A stretch of DNA of 64,000 nt from an uncultured Acidobacteriota bacterium (GCA_913043225.1 CAJWLU010000015.1:10193-74192), one strand, 5' to 3'. Counted from the stretch's first letter, positions 8,747 through 20,248 are shown. Translations and numbers: made by a program. Notes: a model not told the origin generated them from the letters alone.

Positions 8747-11050
8747 GTGCGAGAACAGAGGTGGATCTGTCGCACGCTGCTGCTCGCCTGGCTCTGCCTC
8801 GCGGGTTGCTCGGTGCCGGCTTTGGCGCAGGGCGGAGGCGGTGCCGAATTGGTTGATGCCACCGTTTCGCGCTACTGCGTCGCCTGCCATAACGATCGCA
8901 CTCTGGTTGCCGGACTGAGTCTGGCCGAAGCACCAGCGGCCGAGCTTGCTGGCCATACCGACGTCTTCGAAAAGGTGCTTCGCAAGCTACGGGCGGGCGA
9001 GATGCCTCCCGCCGGCCGACCGGCACCGGACGCCGGCACCCTCGACGCCATCGTGTCCTGGCTCGAGGATTCCCTCGACGGACTGGCCGCGGCTGCTCCG
9101 AATCCCGGGAGCCCCGCCATTCACCGGCTGAATCGAGCGGAGTATGCCAACGCCGTTCGGGATCTGCTGGCGCTTGATCTCGACCATGCCATGGATCTGC
9201 CGGCAGACGACTCAGGCTATGGGTTCGACAACATCGGGGACGTACTTACCGTGTCGCCGCTACACGTCGAGAAGTACATCAGCGCCGCTCGCCGCATTAG
9301 CCAGCAGGCGGTCGGCACTCAGACGCCACGACCGGTCGTCGTCCGTCACGAAGCGCGTCGGGGCACGGCTGGCGAGGCGCTCGGTGCGCTGCCGCTCAAC
9401 GTACGCGGGGGGCTCGTTACCACCCACTTTTTCCCGTTTGACGCCGACTACACGTTGACCGTACGTGTCCGTGGACGACGGTCGCTCGACCTGCCGGCGC
9501 CGAAGCTCGACGTAAGGCTCGATGGACATCGTGTCCAGCTGATCGATGCCGATTTCGACGTTGAGGAGGCGAATCAGGGTACCCGGAACTTCGAGATCCC
9601 GATCACGGTGACGGCGGGCGAATACGAGATCGGGGCTGGGTTCCTCACCGAGTACGCGCGATCGGAGGAGGGGGCCGGTCAGCAGACCGGACTCTACTCG
9701 GTCGACTATGTCCTGGTCGGAGGTCCCTATGACGCGACCGGGCCCGGAGAGACGCCGAGTAGGCAGCGCATCTTCCGATGTCGCCCATCGGCGGGTGAGC
9801 CGGAGCACCTCTGCGCTCGCGAGATCCTGTCGCCCCTGGCCAGGCTGGCCTACCGGCGAGGGGTCAACGACGCCGACCTGACGCTACTGCTTGAGCTGTT
9901 CGACATGGGGCGCGAGGACGGTGGGAGCTTTGAGGCGGGTATCGAGATGGCTCTCAGCGGAGTATTGATGTCACCGAGCTTCCTGTTCCGGAACGCGACC
10001 ACGCCGGACGGTGTCGCTGCGGGTGAGGTGTACCAGCTGACCGACTTCGAGCTGGCCTCGCGCCTGTCCTTCTTTCTGTGGAGCAGTATCCCCGATGAGC
10101 CACTGCTGCGACTGGCCGCGGCTGGCCGTCTGAGTGAGCCGGACGAACTCGACCGTCAGATCGTCCGGATGCTGGCAGATCCGCGGGCCTCGTCGCTGGT
10201 CGAGAACTTCGGTGGCCAGTGGCTCCACCTCCGCAATGTCGCCGACTGGACCCCTGATCCTGAGCGGTTCAGTGACTTCGACGAGCCGCTGCGTTACGCC
10301 TTCGAGCGCGAGACGACGCTGTTCCTCGAGCATCTGGTCCGTGACGACCGAAGCGTCCTCGAACTCCTGGACGCGGACTACACCTTCGTGAACGAGCGGT
10401 TAGCCGAATTCTACGGGCTCGAGGACGTCGAGGGCGGCTACTTCCGGAGAGTGTCGCTGGCCGGGACCGACCGTGGCGGCATCCTGGGGCATGGGTCGGT
10501 GCTGATGGTGACCTCGTACCCAACCCGCTCTTCGCCGGTGCTCCGCGGGAAGTGGGTGCTCGAGAATCTCCTGGGCGCTCCGCCACCGGCACCGCCGCCC
10601 GACGTGCCGCCGCTCTCGGACACCGCCGAGCAGTCGGCGGGAAGTCTGCGAGAGGCGCTGGAGCAGCATCGGGCCAATCCGGCGTGCGCGGTCTGTCACG
10701 CCCGGCTCGACCCGCTCGGGTTTGCCCTCGAGACGTTCGACGCGGTTGGCAAGCGCCGCTCGGAGGAATCCGGATTGGTGGATGCTTCGGGCGCGCTCCC
10801 GAACGGTACAGTGATTGACGGACCCGCCGGGTTGCGTGACGTGCTGCTGTCTCGCCGCCAAGAATTCGTGGAGACGCTGGCCGATCGGCTGTTGACCTAC
10901 GCTGTGGGGCGAGGACTGGAAGCGTCCGATCAACCGGCGGTACGGGAGATCCGTCGGCGGGTCGAGGCTGGTGGCCACCAGTTTTCGGCGCTGGTCGCAG
11001 CCATCGTTGATAGCGTACCATTCAGGTTCAGAAGGGCTCCCGCGTCATGA
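8747..11050 (+). CDS. DUF1592/DUF1588-type cytochrome c domain protein (Planctomycete PSD/PSCyt architecture)
   Basis: CVACH and CAVCH haem motifs; HRLNRAEYANAVRDLL, ELASRLSFFLWSSIPD, SPVLRGKWVLENLLG. Confidence 0.9.
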   Translation: MREQRWICRTLLLAWLCLAGCSVPALAQGGGGAELVDATVSRYCVACHNDRTLVAGLSLAEAPAAELAGHTDVFEKVLRKLRAGEMPPAGRPAPDAGTLDAIVSWLEDSLDGLAAAAPNPGSPAIHRLNRAEYANAVRDLLALDLDHAMDLPADDSGYGFDNIGDVLTVSPLHVEKYISAARRISQQAVGTQTPRPVVVRHEARRGTAGEALGALPLNVRGGLVTTHFFPFDADYTLTVRVRGRRSLDLPAPKLDVRLDGHRVQLIDADFDVEEANQGTRNFEIPITVTAGEYEIGAGFLTEYARSEEGAGQQTGLYSVDYVLVGGPYDATGPGETPSRQRIFRCRPSAGEPEHLCAREILSPLARLAYRRGVNDADLTLLLELFDMGREDGGSFEAGIEMALSGVLMSPSFLFRNATTPDGVAAGEVYQLTDFELASRLSFFLWSSIPDEPLLRLAAAGRLSEPDELDRQIVRMLADPRASSLVENFGGQWLHLRNVADWTPDPERFSDFDEPLRYAFERETTLFLEHLVRDDRSVLELLDADYTFVNERLAEFYGLEDVEGGYFRRVSLAGTDRGGILGHGSVLMVTSYPTRSSPVLRGKWVLENLLGAPPPAPPPDVPPLSDTAEQSAGSLREALEQHRANPACAVCHARLDPLGFALETFDAVGKRRSEESGLVDASGALPNGTVIDGPAGLRDVLLSRRQEFVETLADRLLTYAVGRGLEASDQPAVREIRRRVEAGGHQFSALVAAIVDSVPFRFRRAPAS

Positions 11051-12384
11051 TCACGCGCACTTCGCTTCCACGTCGTACCTTCTTGCAAGGGATGGGGACC
11101 GCTGTCGCGCTTCCGTTCCTTGAGGCGATGACGCCGGCGTTTGCCCGTGCCGCGACGCCGATCACGCGGGTGGCCTTCATCTACACCGCCAACGGCATCA
11201 TCATGGGCGACTGGACCCCTGCCGACGAGGGTGGAGGTTTCACCATGTCGCCCACCCTGTTGCCTGTCGCTCCCTTCCAGCAGCAGTTGACCGTGTTGAC
11301 CGGTCTCGCTCACCGCAACGGAGAGGCGCTTGGAGATGGACCAGGTGATCACGCCCGAGCTGGCGCTAGCTGGCTGACCGGGGTCCACCCGAAGAAGACT
11401 CAGGGCGCAGACATTCGCAACGGTATGTCGGTCGACCAGATGCTGGCCCAGGATATCGGGCGGTCGACGCCGCTGCCGTCGCTTGAACTGGGACTGCAGG
11501 ACGTTCGGATGGTCGGTGGCTGCGATTCTGGTTACAGCTGTGCCTACTCGAACACCGTGTCGTGGAGCTCGCCGACGACGCCGCTGCCGTACGAGAACAA
11601 TCCCCGGCGCGTCTTCGAGCGTCTGTTCGGCGACGGTGAGACCACCGACCCGGCGGTACGCGCGGTCCGTTCACGGCAGAACCGCAGCCTGCTCGACTTC
11701 GTCATGGCCGACGCGGCGCGGCTGCGGCTCAGTCTCGGTGCGGGCGACCGGCGCAAGCTTGCGGACTATCTCGATTCGGTGCGCGAGGTGGAGCGGCGAA
11801 TCGAGAACGCTGAGCGCCGCGGGGCGGTCGAACTGCCCACCCTCGACCGGCCCGACGGCGTGCCGCCCACCTTCGCCGAGCACGTCCAGGTGATGTCCGA
11901 CCTGATCGCCATTGCCTTCCAGGCGGATCTCACCCGCGTCGTGACGTTCATGTATAGCCGAGAGGGCGGTAACCGTACCTATCGCGAGATCGGCGTGCCC
12001 GATGCCCACCATGGTCTTTCGCATCACCAAAACGATCCGGAGCGGATGGCGCGGCTGCAGCTGATCGACCGGCACCACGTGGCGCAGTTCGCCTATCTGC
12101 TGGGCAAGCTGGCCGAGGCTGACGACGAACAGGGCTCGGTGCTCGATGCGTCGATGATCATTTACGGGAGCAGCCTGAGCGATAGCAACGCCCATACCCA
12201 CGATAATCTGCCGACGCTGCTCGCCGGCGGAGGGACTGGAACCCTTAAGGGCGGTCGGCACCTGCGCTTCGCCGACGGCACGCCGATGACCAACCTGCTC
12301 TTGACCATGCTCGACAAGGTCGGCTCTTACCGTGAGCAGGTTGGCGATTCCACTGGTCGCATTGAGCATCTGAGCGATCTCTAG
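11047..12384 (+). CDS. DUF1552 (HXXSHH) domain protein with Tat-like signal
   Basis: LPRRTFLQG, GCDSGYSCAYSN, HHGLSHH; ATGA overlap with the DUF1592 gene. Confidence 0.9.
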   Translation: MITRTSLPRRTFLQGMGTAVALPFLEAMTPAFARAATPITRVAFIYTANGIIMGDWTPADEGGGFTMSPTLLPVAPFQQQLTVLTGLAHRNGEALGDGPGDHARAGASWLTGVHPKKTQGADIRNGMSVDQMLAQDIGRSTPLPSLELGLQDVRMVGGCDSGYSCAYSNTVSWSSPTTPLPYENNPRRVFERLFGDGETTDPAVRAVRSRQNRSLLDFVMADAARLRLSLGAGDRRKLADYLDSVREVERRIENAERRGAVELPTLDRPDGVPPTFAEHVQVMSDLIAIAFQADLTRVVTFMYSREGGNRTYREIGVPDAHHGLSHHQNDPERMARLQLIDRHHVAQFAYLLGKLAEADDEQGSVLDASMIIYGSSLSDSNAHTHDNLPTLLAGGGTGTLKGGRHLRFADGTPMTNLLLTMLDKVGSYREQVGDSTGRIEHLSDL

Positions 12385-12455
12385 CGGCTCTGACCCAAGC
12401 GACAAGTTCCGCGTTCCGGCCCCTCACGGCGGCCGTCTATCTGCCGTCCGGCCTG

Positions 12456-13598
12456 ATGGCTATTGCCCAGGCGGTGCTCTTGGTCGTGGTGCCGCTGTAC
12501 GTGCTGGAGCTCGGCGGCAGTCCGGCGCACGCCGCGCTCGTCTATGCCATGCGCGGGCTCGGCAGCGTCGCCGTGAACCTGCCCGCGAGCGTGGTGATCG
12601 ATCGCTACGGCCACCGGGCCGGCATGGTCAGCGCGATCGCGCTGATGGGCGGGGCGGCGGTGCTGATCGCCTTGACCGACGACAGCAGACTCGTTGCAGC
12701 TGCCACCTTGCTTTTTGGCGCAGGCATGGGTGGCTGGCTGTTGGCGCGGCTGGCGTTGATCACCCTGCATATCCCGAATCATCGTCGCGGTAACGCGCTG
12801 TCCGGTCTCGCCGGCTTGCAACGGCTCGGCATGCTGGTCGGGCCGCTGGCGGGCGGGATCGGCATCGAGATGCTGGGTTTCCGTCCAGTGCTGCTGCTGG
12901 TAACGACCGCGACCGTGATCGCGGTCGTACTGGTCTCGATGTTTGCTCCAGCCCCGCCAGAGCACTCGGAGCCAGAGATCGGCGGAATGTCGGCCGCTGC
13001 GCTACTCGTCTTGGTGCCGACACTGCTGCGCCGTTACCGGAAGGTGTTCCTGACCGCCGGTGCCTACGCTTTCGCTCTCCAGTTGCTCCGCGAACAGCGG
13101 GGACTCTTGTTCGTACTATGGGGGACCGGTCTCGGCATTGCGCCCGATGAGTTGGGCGGCATTATCAGCCTCGGCGCGACCCTCGACATGCTCATGTTTC
13201 CCCTTGGGGGCTGGGTGATAGACCACCGGGGCCGGAAACCGGCCGGGTTGATGTGCATCGGGCTGATGGCCCTGGCCCTTGCTCTGCTGCCGCTGACCGA
13301 GTCCGCTCTCACCTTGACGCTGGTGGCGCTGCTGGCGGCGGTGGGGAATGGGATGGGGAGCGGCATTGTGCTGACGATGGGGGCCGACTTGGCGCCGGTC
13401 AACGACACCAGCCGGTTCCTCGGCGCCTGGCGTATGGTGGGCGACGTTGGTGCTCTCTCGGGGCCGTTGCTGACCTCGGCTCTCGGTTCGATCGTCGCGG
13501 CGCTCGGCGCCTCGGCCGCCATCGGACTGTTTGGCGCGGTCATGCTCTGGCGGTTCGTGGAAGAGACGTTGTCGCGGCCCGATGTGCCCGCCGCCTGA
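12456..13598 (+). CDS. MFS transporter (true start may be about 20 codons upstream)
   Basis: About 12 hydrophobic helices; IDRYGHR and IDHRGRK MFS loop motifs. Confidence 0.85.
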   Translation: MAIAQAVLLVVVPLYVLELGGSPAHAALVYAMRGLGSVAVNLPASVVIDRYGHRAGMVSAIALMGGAAVLIALTDDSRLVAAATLLFGAGMGGWLLARLALITLHIPNHRRGNALSGLAGLQRLGMLVGPLAGGIGIEMLGFRPVLLLVTTATVIAVVLVSMFAPAPPEHSEPEIGGMSAAALLVLVPTLLRRYRKVFLTAGAYAFALQLLREQRGLLFVLWGTGLGIAPDELGGIISLGATLDMLMFPLGGWVIDHRGRKPAGLMCIGLMALALALLPLTESALTLTLVALLAAVGNGMGSGIVLTMGADLAPVNDTSRFLGAWRMVGDVGALSGPLLTSALGSIVAALGASAAIGLFGAVMLWRFVEETLSRPDVPAA

Positions 13599-13734
13599 CC
13601 ATGCATCCGACCAGTCACCGTCCCGGTTCGACCACTCGCGTCCAATTCGTCATCGATGCTCGCGTTCCTGCCGTCCAGTGGACTAGAAGCCGAGCCGCGC
13701 GGGACATGATAGGGTTTCGGCTGCATCCCACGTC

Positions 13735-14574
13735 ATGAAAAGTGCCCATCAACTCGTTGAATCTGACTCGCGGACAGATCGCCCGGTCGCCCGTCGTGTA
13801 CGGCAATTCGCCGAGAGCTTTCTGCGGCCGTTCGGCTTCGGCGTGCGCCCGGTCGCTGAGCTTGAGACGTTGGATCGTGCGCTTCACTGGAGCTACTACT
13901 GGTACAACGCGCAGAAGAAACCTGATCTTCGCGAGCGGGGAGGTTTCGGACAGATCGCGGCCGACACCATTGCGCAGAAACGGACCTACCTGAACTACGA
14001 CCGGCTCTACACTCTGTGGCAGGCGGTCAGCGGCCTGTCTTGCGATAACTTGGCGCTTGCCGAGGTTGGTGCCTATCGCGGCGGCTCGGCACGGTTTGTG
14101 GCCGAGACGCTCCGCCACCACGGCTGGTCCAACCCGCTCTACGTGTTCGACACTTTCGAAGGCCACGCCGTTGTCGACCCGACGGTCGACGGCAAACACA
14201 AGGTCGGAAAACAGTTCAAGGCGACGTCGCTCGAGAAGGTCGAGCGCTATCTCCGTTATTACGACAACGTCCAGATCACCAAAGGCGACTTCTGTCAGAC
14301 GGCCACAGTTCTGGATGAGGTGGGGGACTTCTGGTCGGTCCACGTGGACGTGGACGTCTATCCGGTGACCCTGTTCGCACTTCGCTACTTCGCGAATCGG
14401 ATGGTGCCGGGCGGGATGATCGTGGTCGACGACTACGGCTTCAAGCGGACTCGCGGAGCGGAGAAGGCGGTCGAGGAGTTCGTTGGTTCCCGGGACGACT
14501 ACGCTCGACTGCACCTGCTGACCGGGCAGGCCGTGTTGATCAAGCTCGCTGCGGGTTCCTCCGACGCCGGCTGA
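13735..14574 (+). CDS. TylF/MycF/NovP-family O-methyltransferase
   Basis: EVGAYRGGS, FDTFEG, KGDF, VHVDVDVY, GGMIVVDDY. Confidence 0.85.
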   Translation: MKSAHQLVESDSRTDRPVARRVRQFAESFLRPFGFGVRPVAELETLDRALHWSYYWYNAQKKPDLRERGGFGQIAADTIAQKRTYLNYDRLYTLWQAVSGLSCDNLALAEVGAYRGGSARFVAETLRHHGWSNPLYVFDTFEGHAVVDPTVDGKHKVGKQFKATSLEKVERYLRYYDNVQITKGDFCQTATVLDEVGDFWSVHVDVDVYPVTLFALRYFANRMVPGGMIVVDDYGFKRTRGAEKAVEEFVGSRDDYARLHLLTGQAVLIKLAAGSSDAG

Positions 14575-14598
14575 CCCTCCTGTGGGCGTCGGCGGATC

Positions 14599-16827
14599 CT
14601 ACAGGCTGTCGATGATGGCGTTGAGCGTGGCGCTCGGTCGCATCGCCTGCTCCGCCCGCTCGGGATCCGGACGGAAGTAGCCACCGAGGTCCACCGGTAC
14701 CCCTTGGACGGCCAGCAGCTCGGCCGCGATGGCGTCCTCGGCCTCGGCCAGCTGGGCGGCCACCGGGCCGAACCGTACCTTCAGCTCGGCGTCATCGTCC
14801 TGCGCCGCTAGCGCCTGCGCCCAGTACAGTGCCAGGTAGAACGTGCTGCCGCGATTGTCGATCTCGTTCACCTTCCGCGACGGCGTGCGGCCCTTAGCCA
14901 GGTACTGGCCGATCGCCTCGTCGAGGGTCTTGGCGAGCAACGTCGCCTTCGGCTTGTCGGCCTGCTGGGCTGCGAGCTCGAGCGATGGGACGAGCGCACA
15001 GTACTCGCCGAGTGAATCCCACCGCAGGTGCCCCTCCTTGAGCATCTGTTGCACGTGCTTCGGCGCCGAGCCACCGGCGCCGGTCTCGAAGAGCCCCCCG
15101 CCATTGAGGAGCGGTACGATCGAGAGCATCCGGGCGCTGGTGCCGAGCTCGAGAATCGGGAACAGATCTGTCAGGTAGTCCCGGAGGACGTTGCCAGTGG
15201 CGGCGATAGTGCTCTCACCCTTGCGTATCCGCTTCAGCGAGAACCGCATGGCATCGACTGGGGCCATGATGTGGATCGCGAGGTCGCTGGTGTCGTGGTC
15301 CGGGAGGTACGCCTCGAGCTTCTTGATGATCTCGGCGTCGTGGGCACGGTCGGCGTTCAGCCAGAAGACCACCGGCTGCCCCGAGGCGCGCGCGCGGGTC
15401 ACGGCAAGTTTGACCCAGTCGCGGATCGGCTCGTCCTTGGTCTGGCACATCCGGAAGATGTCACCGGCGCCCACAGCCTGTTCGAGCACCGTCGCCCCGC
15501 TGCCGTCGACCACCCGGATCACGCCGTCGCCGGGCGCCATGAACGTCTTGTCGTGCGAGCCGTACTCCTGCGCCTTGCGCGCCATCAGGCCCACGTTCGA
15601 CACGCTGCCCATGGTGGCGGGGTCGAGCTGCCCATGCTGCTGACAGTCCTCGATGATCGCCTGGTACATCGTGGCGTAGCTGCGGTCCGGGATCATGGCG
15701 ACCGTGTCCTGCAGCGCGTCACCGCTGTTCCACATCCGGCCCCCGTCCCGCACGACGTTCGGCATCGAGGCGTCGATGATCACGTCGTTCGGCACGTGCA
15801 GGTTGGTGATGCCCCTCCGCGAGTCGACCATGGCGAGCGGCGGACGCTCGTTGTAGACCGCGGTGATGTCGGCTTCGATCGCGCGCCGCTGCTCGTCGGG
15901 CAGGCGGTCGAGCTTGTCGAGCACGCCGGCCAATCCGTGATTAACGTTCGCGCCCACCGAGGCCAGGGGGGCAGCGTGCTTTTCGAGTGCAGACTGGAAA
16001 TAGACTGAGACGCAGTGCCCGAACATGACCGGATCGGACACCTTCATCATCGTGGCCTTAAGGTGGAGCGATAGCAGCGCGCCGTCCCGGTTGGCTTCGT
16101 CTATGGTGCGAGCGAAGAACGCCCTGAGCGCGGTGACGTTCATCGCCGCGGCGTCGACTACCTCGCCCGCCTCGATCGCGACGCGCTCCTTGAGTACTGT
16201 GGAGTCGCCGTCGCCGGCCACAAACTGAATCTGGACGTCGCCGGCCGCGGTCATAGTGGCTGACCGCTCGCTGCCGAAGAAGTCGTTGTCGTCCATATGG
16301 GCCACGCGGGTCTTGGACCCGGACTCCGGCCAGTTCTTCATCATCCTGTGCGGGTGCTGCTGGGCGTGCCGCTTGACCGCACCGGCTGCACGGCGGTCCG
16401 AGTTGCCCTCACGCAGGACCGGGTTCACGGCCGAGCCCAGCACCTTGGCGAACCGAGCCTGTAGCGCCTGCTCCTCGTCGGACCGTGGTTCTTCCGGGTA
16501 GTTGGGAATGTCGTAGCCCTGGCCCTGGAGCTCGGCAATCGCGTCCTGCAGCTGCGGGACCGACGCGCTGATGTTCGGCAGCTTCACGATGTTGGCGGCT
16601 GGCGTCTTGGCCAGCTCGCCCAGCCAGCTCAATTCGTCCGGAATTTGCTGGTCGTCACTAAGACGCTCTGGGAACGCGGCGATGATCCGGCCGGCCAGCG
16701 AGATGTCGCGGGTTTCGACTTCGACACCGGTGCCCTTGGTGAAGGCATGAACGATCGGGAGCAGCGAATAGGTCGCGAGGGCAGGGGCCTCGTCAATCTT
16801 GGTCCAGACGATATTGGCAGCAGACAT
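14599..16827 (-). CDS. icd: Monomeric NADP-dependent isocitrate dehydrogenase
   Basis: [50 protein letters not shown]; start reassigned to MSAANIVWT. Confidence 0.97.
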   Translation of the reverse strand: MSAANIVWTKIDEAPALATYSLLPIVHAFTKGTGVEVETRDISLAGRIIAAFPERLSDDQQIPDELSWLGELAKTPAANIVKLPNISASVPQLQDAIAELQGQGYDIPNYPEEPRSDEEQALQARFAKVLGSAVNPVLREGNSDRRAAGAVKRHAQQHPHRMMKNWPESGSKTRVAHMDDNDFFGSERSATMTAAGDVQIQFVAGDGDSTVLKERVAIEAGEVVDAAAMNVTALRAFFARTIDEANRDGALLSLHLKATMMKVSDPVMFGHCVSVYFQSALEKHAAPLASVGANVNHGLAGVLDKLDRLPDEQRRAIEADITAVYNERPPLAMVDSRRGITNLHVPNDVIIDASMPNVVRDGGRMWNSGDALQDTVAMIPDRSYATMYQAIIEDCQQHGQLDPATMGSVSNVGLMARKAQEYGSHDKTFMAPGDGVIRVVDGSGATVLEQAVGAGDIFRMCQTKDEPIRDWVKLAVTRARASGQPVVFWLNADRAHDAEIIKKLEAYLPDHDTSDLAIHIMAPVDAMRFSLKRIRKGESTIAATGNVLRDYLTDLFPILELGTSARMLSIVPLLNGGGLFETGAGGSAPKHVQQMLKEGHLRWDSLGEYCALVPSLELAAQQADKPKATLLAKTLDEAIGQYLAKGRTPSRKVNEIDNRGSTFYLALYWAQALAAQDDDAELKVRFGPVAAQLAEAEDAIAAELLAVQGVPVDLGGYFRPDPERAEQAMRPSATLNAIIDSL

Positions 16828-16919
16828 GCAAGTCCTTCTATAGAGAGACGCCTCACAGAGCAGACAGAACCTGCTATCGTACCGCACTCGAGAGCGAGAC
16901 GCGACCGGGTGGGGAGGCG

Positions 16920-18011
16920 ATGATGCGCGTATATGGGCGGAGACGGGCTGGCGTGGCGGCGGGACTCGTGGTCGGGATTGCGGCCACGGTGGCATGTGGA
17001 GGCTCTGCTCCGGTGTCAGGGGCGCCGGCCGCGGCCGCCACGGCCCAGGCGGGACCCGACTATGTACCGCCCGAGGTCACCCCGCCCTCGCGTGACCTTA
17101 CCCAGGCGGATTTCGATCAGATGATGGCGGACCTCTCCAACTGGGGTCGGTGGGGTGACGACGACGAGCTGGGTGCGGCCAACCTCATCACGCCGGCCAA
17201 GCGGCTCGAGGCGGTGTCACTGGTCACCGAGGGGATCACGGTCTCGCTTGAACATCCGCTGATCACCGAGGAGGCGCCCGATGTACCGTTCCCGTTCCAG
17301 CGCCGGATGCTTGGTGTGCCTGACCCCGACGCCGAGCCGTCCGACTACGGATCGGTGAGCGACAACTACACCATCAGCTATCACGGCTACTCGCATAGCC
17401 ATATCGACGCGCTCTGCCACATCTTCTACAAGGGGCAGATGTACAACGGTGTTTCACAGAACGCGGTTACGGAAGACGGGTGTCCGAACGCGTCTATCAT
17501 CAACCTCCATGGCGGCATTGTGACCCGCGGAGTGCTGATGGACATCCCACGCTTGAAGGGCGTGGACTATCTCGAGCCGGGGACCCCCATCTACCAGGAG
17601 GATCTGGAAGCGTTTGAGGAGATGGCGGGCGTGACGGTCCGGCCGGGCGATGCGGTCTTCATCCGTACGGGACGGTGGGCGCGTCGGGCCGAGCTCGGGC
17701 CGTGGGCGGTGTCGCAAGAGGCCGCAGGGCTGCACACGTCGACGATGCCGTGGGTGAGGGCCCGAGACATCGCCTTCCTGGGCAGCGACACAGCGCTGGA
17801 CGTGGTGCCATCACAGATCGAGGGGGTTCGCCTCCCGGTGCACCAGGTGACGATCGTGGCGCTCGGTGTCGACCTGTTCGACAATCAGGATCTCGAAGCG
17901 CTGGCCGAGACCGCCGCGCGACTCAACCGGTGGGAGTTCATGCTGGTGGCTGGGCCACTCGCCGTTGAAACCGGCACCGGTTCTCCGGTGAACGCGATCG
18001 CGATCTTCTAG
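16920..18011 (+). CDS. Cyclase-family (kynurenine formamidase-like) protein, probable lipoprotein
   Basis: [40 protein letters not shown]; lipobox-like TVAC. Confidence 0.88.
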   Translation: MMRVYGRRRAGVAAGLVVGIAATVACGGSAPVSGAPAAAATAQAGPDYVPPEVTPPSRDLTQADFDQMMADLSNWGRWGDDDELGAANLITPAKRLEAVSLVTEGITVSLEHPLITEEAPDVPFPFQRRMLGVPDPDAEPSDYGSVSDNYTISYHGYSHSHIDALCHIFYKGQMYNGVSQNAVTEDGCPNASIINLHGGIVTRGVLMDIPRLKGVDYLEPGTPIYQEDLEAFEEMAGVTVRPGDAVFIRTGRWARRAELGPWAVSQEAAGLHTSTMPWVRARDIAFLGSDTALDVVPSQIEGVRLPVHQVTIVALGVDLFDNQDLEALAETAARLNRWEFMLVAGPLAVETGTGSPVNAIAIF

Positions 18012-18015
18012 TGCC

Positions 18016-18882
18016 ATGCCGGGAAGTTCGAGCCGTCTCGCGGGCGGCGTGACGTTGGCGATCTTGCTACTCGGGAGCGCGGGCGCCGCAGCGCAGCAGA
18101 TCCCGTTCTCGCAGCGACCGTTCAGCGAGACGACGATCCGGCCGAATGGCCAGCCAGTGATTCCGATCTACGACGGCTGGTACGCCAACGCCGACGGCAC
18201 CTTCACCATCTGCTTCGGCTACTTCAACCTCAATACGGAGCAGGCCTTCGACGTGCCGCTCGGTCCGGCAAACCGGATCGAGCCCGCGGAGTACGACGGG
18301 GCGCAGCCGACACGTTTCGACCCGGTGCCCGATCCGACGTTGACGAACAAGTACCGTCATCACTGGTGCGTGTTCACAGTCCAGGTTCCGGCCGACTTTG
18401 GCGACCGGCGGGTGGTGTGGGTGCTGAGTACGCAGGGCGAAGACCTCTCGGTGCCCGGACATCTGCTGCCAGCCTACGTGCTTGAAGAGCGTACGTCGCC
18501 AGGGCGGGGGGCCGAGGCGCCCCGTATTCGTCTGGCCGAAGCCGAACCGCAGGCCTATGGACGCAACGGGCTGACGGCTGCGCGGACCGTAGCGGTCGAT
18601 GAGCCGCTCGAGCTGGCAGTCTGGGTAGAACATCCCGAGCCCGGTACATGGCTCGGCTGGACGAAGCATCAGGGCGATGGTGACGTGTCGTTCACGGCCA
18701 CCGAGGTGATCGTGGCGGACTCGATCGGACGGGGTATAACCACCGCACGGTTCGCGGCTCCCGGGAACTACCTGCTGCGGGTGCAGGCGATCAACGATCC
18801 TGGGCCACGAAATCCCACCTACGGGTTCGAATTCCATTGCTGCTGGACGAACGCCTATGTCAGGGTTAGCGTCACTCCGTAG
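18016..18882 (+). CDS. Exported conserved hypothetical protein with C-terminal Ig/PKD-like segment
   Basis: Signal peptide; PIYDGWY, FGYFNLN, PGNYLLRVQA, FHCCWTN. Confidence 0.7.
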   Translation: MPGSSSRLAGGVTLAILLLGSAGAAAQQIPFSQRPFSETTIRPNGQPVIPIYDGWYANADGTFTICFGYFNLNTEQAFDVPLGPANRIEPAEYDGAQPTRFDPVPDPTLTNKYRHHWCVFTVQVPADFGDRRVVWVLSTQGEDLSVPGHLLPAYVLEERTSPGRGAEAPRIRLAEAEPQAYGRNGLTAARTVAVDEPLELAVWVEHPEPGTWLGWTKHQGDGDVSFTATEVIVADSIGRGITTARFAAPGNYLLRVQAINDPGPRNPTYGFEFHCCWTNAYVRVSVTP

Positions 18883-18913
18883 GCATTGGCGTCGGCTGGG
18901 TCGGGTATTCATC

Positions 18914-20248
18914 ATGAGGATGTTGACAGTTGCGGCGGGAGTGGCACTGGTGCTGCAGGCGGCGAACACAGGGGCGCAGACCGCGGCGGTGGCGCCGACG
19001 CCGACCTACACCGAGCATGTCGCGCCCATCCTGCAGCAGCGGTGTGGGGGATGCCATCGTCCGGACGGGATCGGGCCGATGGCGTTACATACCTACCAGG
19101 ACGCCCGTCGACATGCCTTCATCATTAAGAGCCGCGTCGAGCAGCGGGTCATGCCACCCTGGCATCTCGACCGGACGGTCGGGATTCAGGAGTACAAGAA
19201 CGACATTTCGCTGACCGACGACCAGATCGCCACCATTACTCGATGGGTCGACGCCGGCGCGCCCGAGGGCGATCCGGCGCTCGCGCCCGCGCCGGTCGAG
19301 TGGTCGGTCGGTGGCGAATGGACGCTCGCCGAGCAACTGGGGCGTCCGCCCGATTTCGTCGTCCGTTCGGCGCCCTACACGGTCAAACCGAATGCGCAGG
19401 ATCAGTGGTGGACGCCGAGTCTGCCGTTCGAAGGGCTGGATGGGCCACGCTGGGTCAGGGCCTCCGAGTTCAAACCCGCTTATCCCCAAGGCACGAAGGT
19501 GGTGCACCACGGACACGCCCAGTTGGTGCAAGAGCTGCCGGATGGCAGCCGGCGTCTCCGGGCGCTGGGACGCTACGGCGTGGGCAAGCCGGGCGATATT
19601 TTCCCCGACGATGTGGGGATGAAGATCGAGCCGGGCGGCACCGTCAGTTGGAACTTGCACTACTACCCGATTGACGTCGAGGTGCCTAACGACGTCGTCG
19701 AGGTGGGCCTGTGGTTCTATCCGAAGGGTGACGAGCCGCAGCTTGAGACCCAGGGTGAGGTGCGGTTCACCGTCGACCAGGGTGGGAACATGCCCTGGGC
19801 CGGCGACATCGTGATTCCACCCCATTCGTTAAAGGCGCAGCAGGGTATCCACGTGCTCGACCGTGCTGCGCTGGTGCACAGTTTCCGCCCGCACATGCAC
19901 ATGCGAGGCAAGGAACAGTCGGTCGAGGCGATCTATCCGGATGGTCGTCGCGAGATGTTGGCCAAGGTGGACCGCTACAGCCACATCTGGCAGATCTCGT
20001 ATCTCTTTGCGGACCATGTGAAGCCGTTACTTCCGGTCGGTACGACGCTGCTGTTCACGTCGTTGTGGGACAACACCGCTGCCAATCCGTTGAACCCGGA
20101 TCCGGATCAGTGGGTGGTCTTCGGCCAGCGCGGCGTTGACGAGATGTCCCATGTCTGGCTCGGGATGACCTACCTGACCGAGGAGCAGTACGACGAGCAG
20201 GTGTTTGCACGCGGGCGTCCAGAGCGCACCGAGGGTGGTGGAGAGTAG
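18914..20248 (+). CDS. Cytochrome c fused to copper type II (PHM/DBH-like) monooxygenase domains
   Basis: Signal peptide, CGGCH and MPPW, then VVHH, LHYYP, PHMHMRGK, DEM. Confidence 0.8.
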   Translation: MRMLTVAAGVALVLQAANTGAQTAAVAPTPTYTEHVAPILQQRCGGCHRPDGIGPMALHTYQDARRHAFIIKSRVEQRVMPPWHLDRTVGIQEYKNDISLTDDQIATITRWVDAGAPEGDPALAPAPVEWSVGGEWTLAEQLGRPPDFVVRSAPYTVKPNAQDQWWTPSLPFEGLDGPRWVRASEFKPAYPQGTKVVHHGHAQLVQELPDGSRRLRALGRYGVGKPGDIFPDDVGMKIEPGGTVSWNLHYYPIDVEVPNDVVEVGLWFYPKGDEPQLETQGEVRFTVDQGGNMPWAGDIVIPPHSLKAQQGIHVLDRAALVHSFRPHMHMRGKEQSVEAIYPDGRREMLAKVDRYSHIWQISYLFADHVKPLLPVGTTLLFTSLWDNTAANPLNPDPDQWVVFGQRGVDEMSHVWLGMTYLTEEQYDEQVFARGRPERTEGGGE

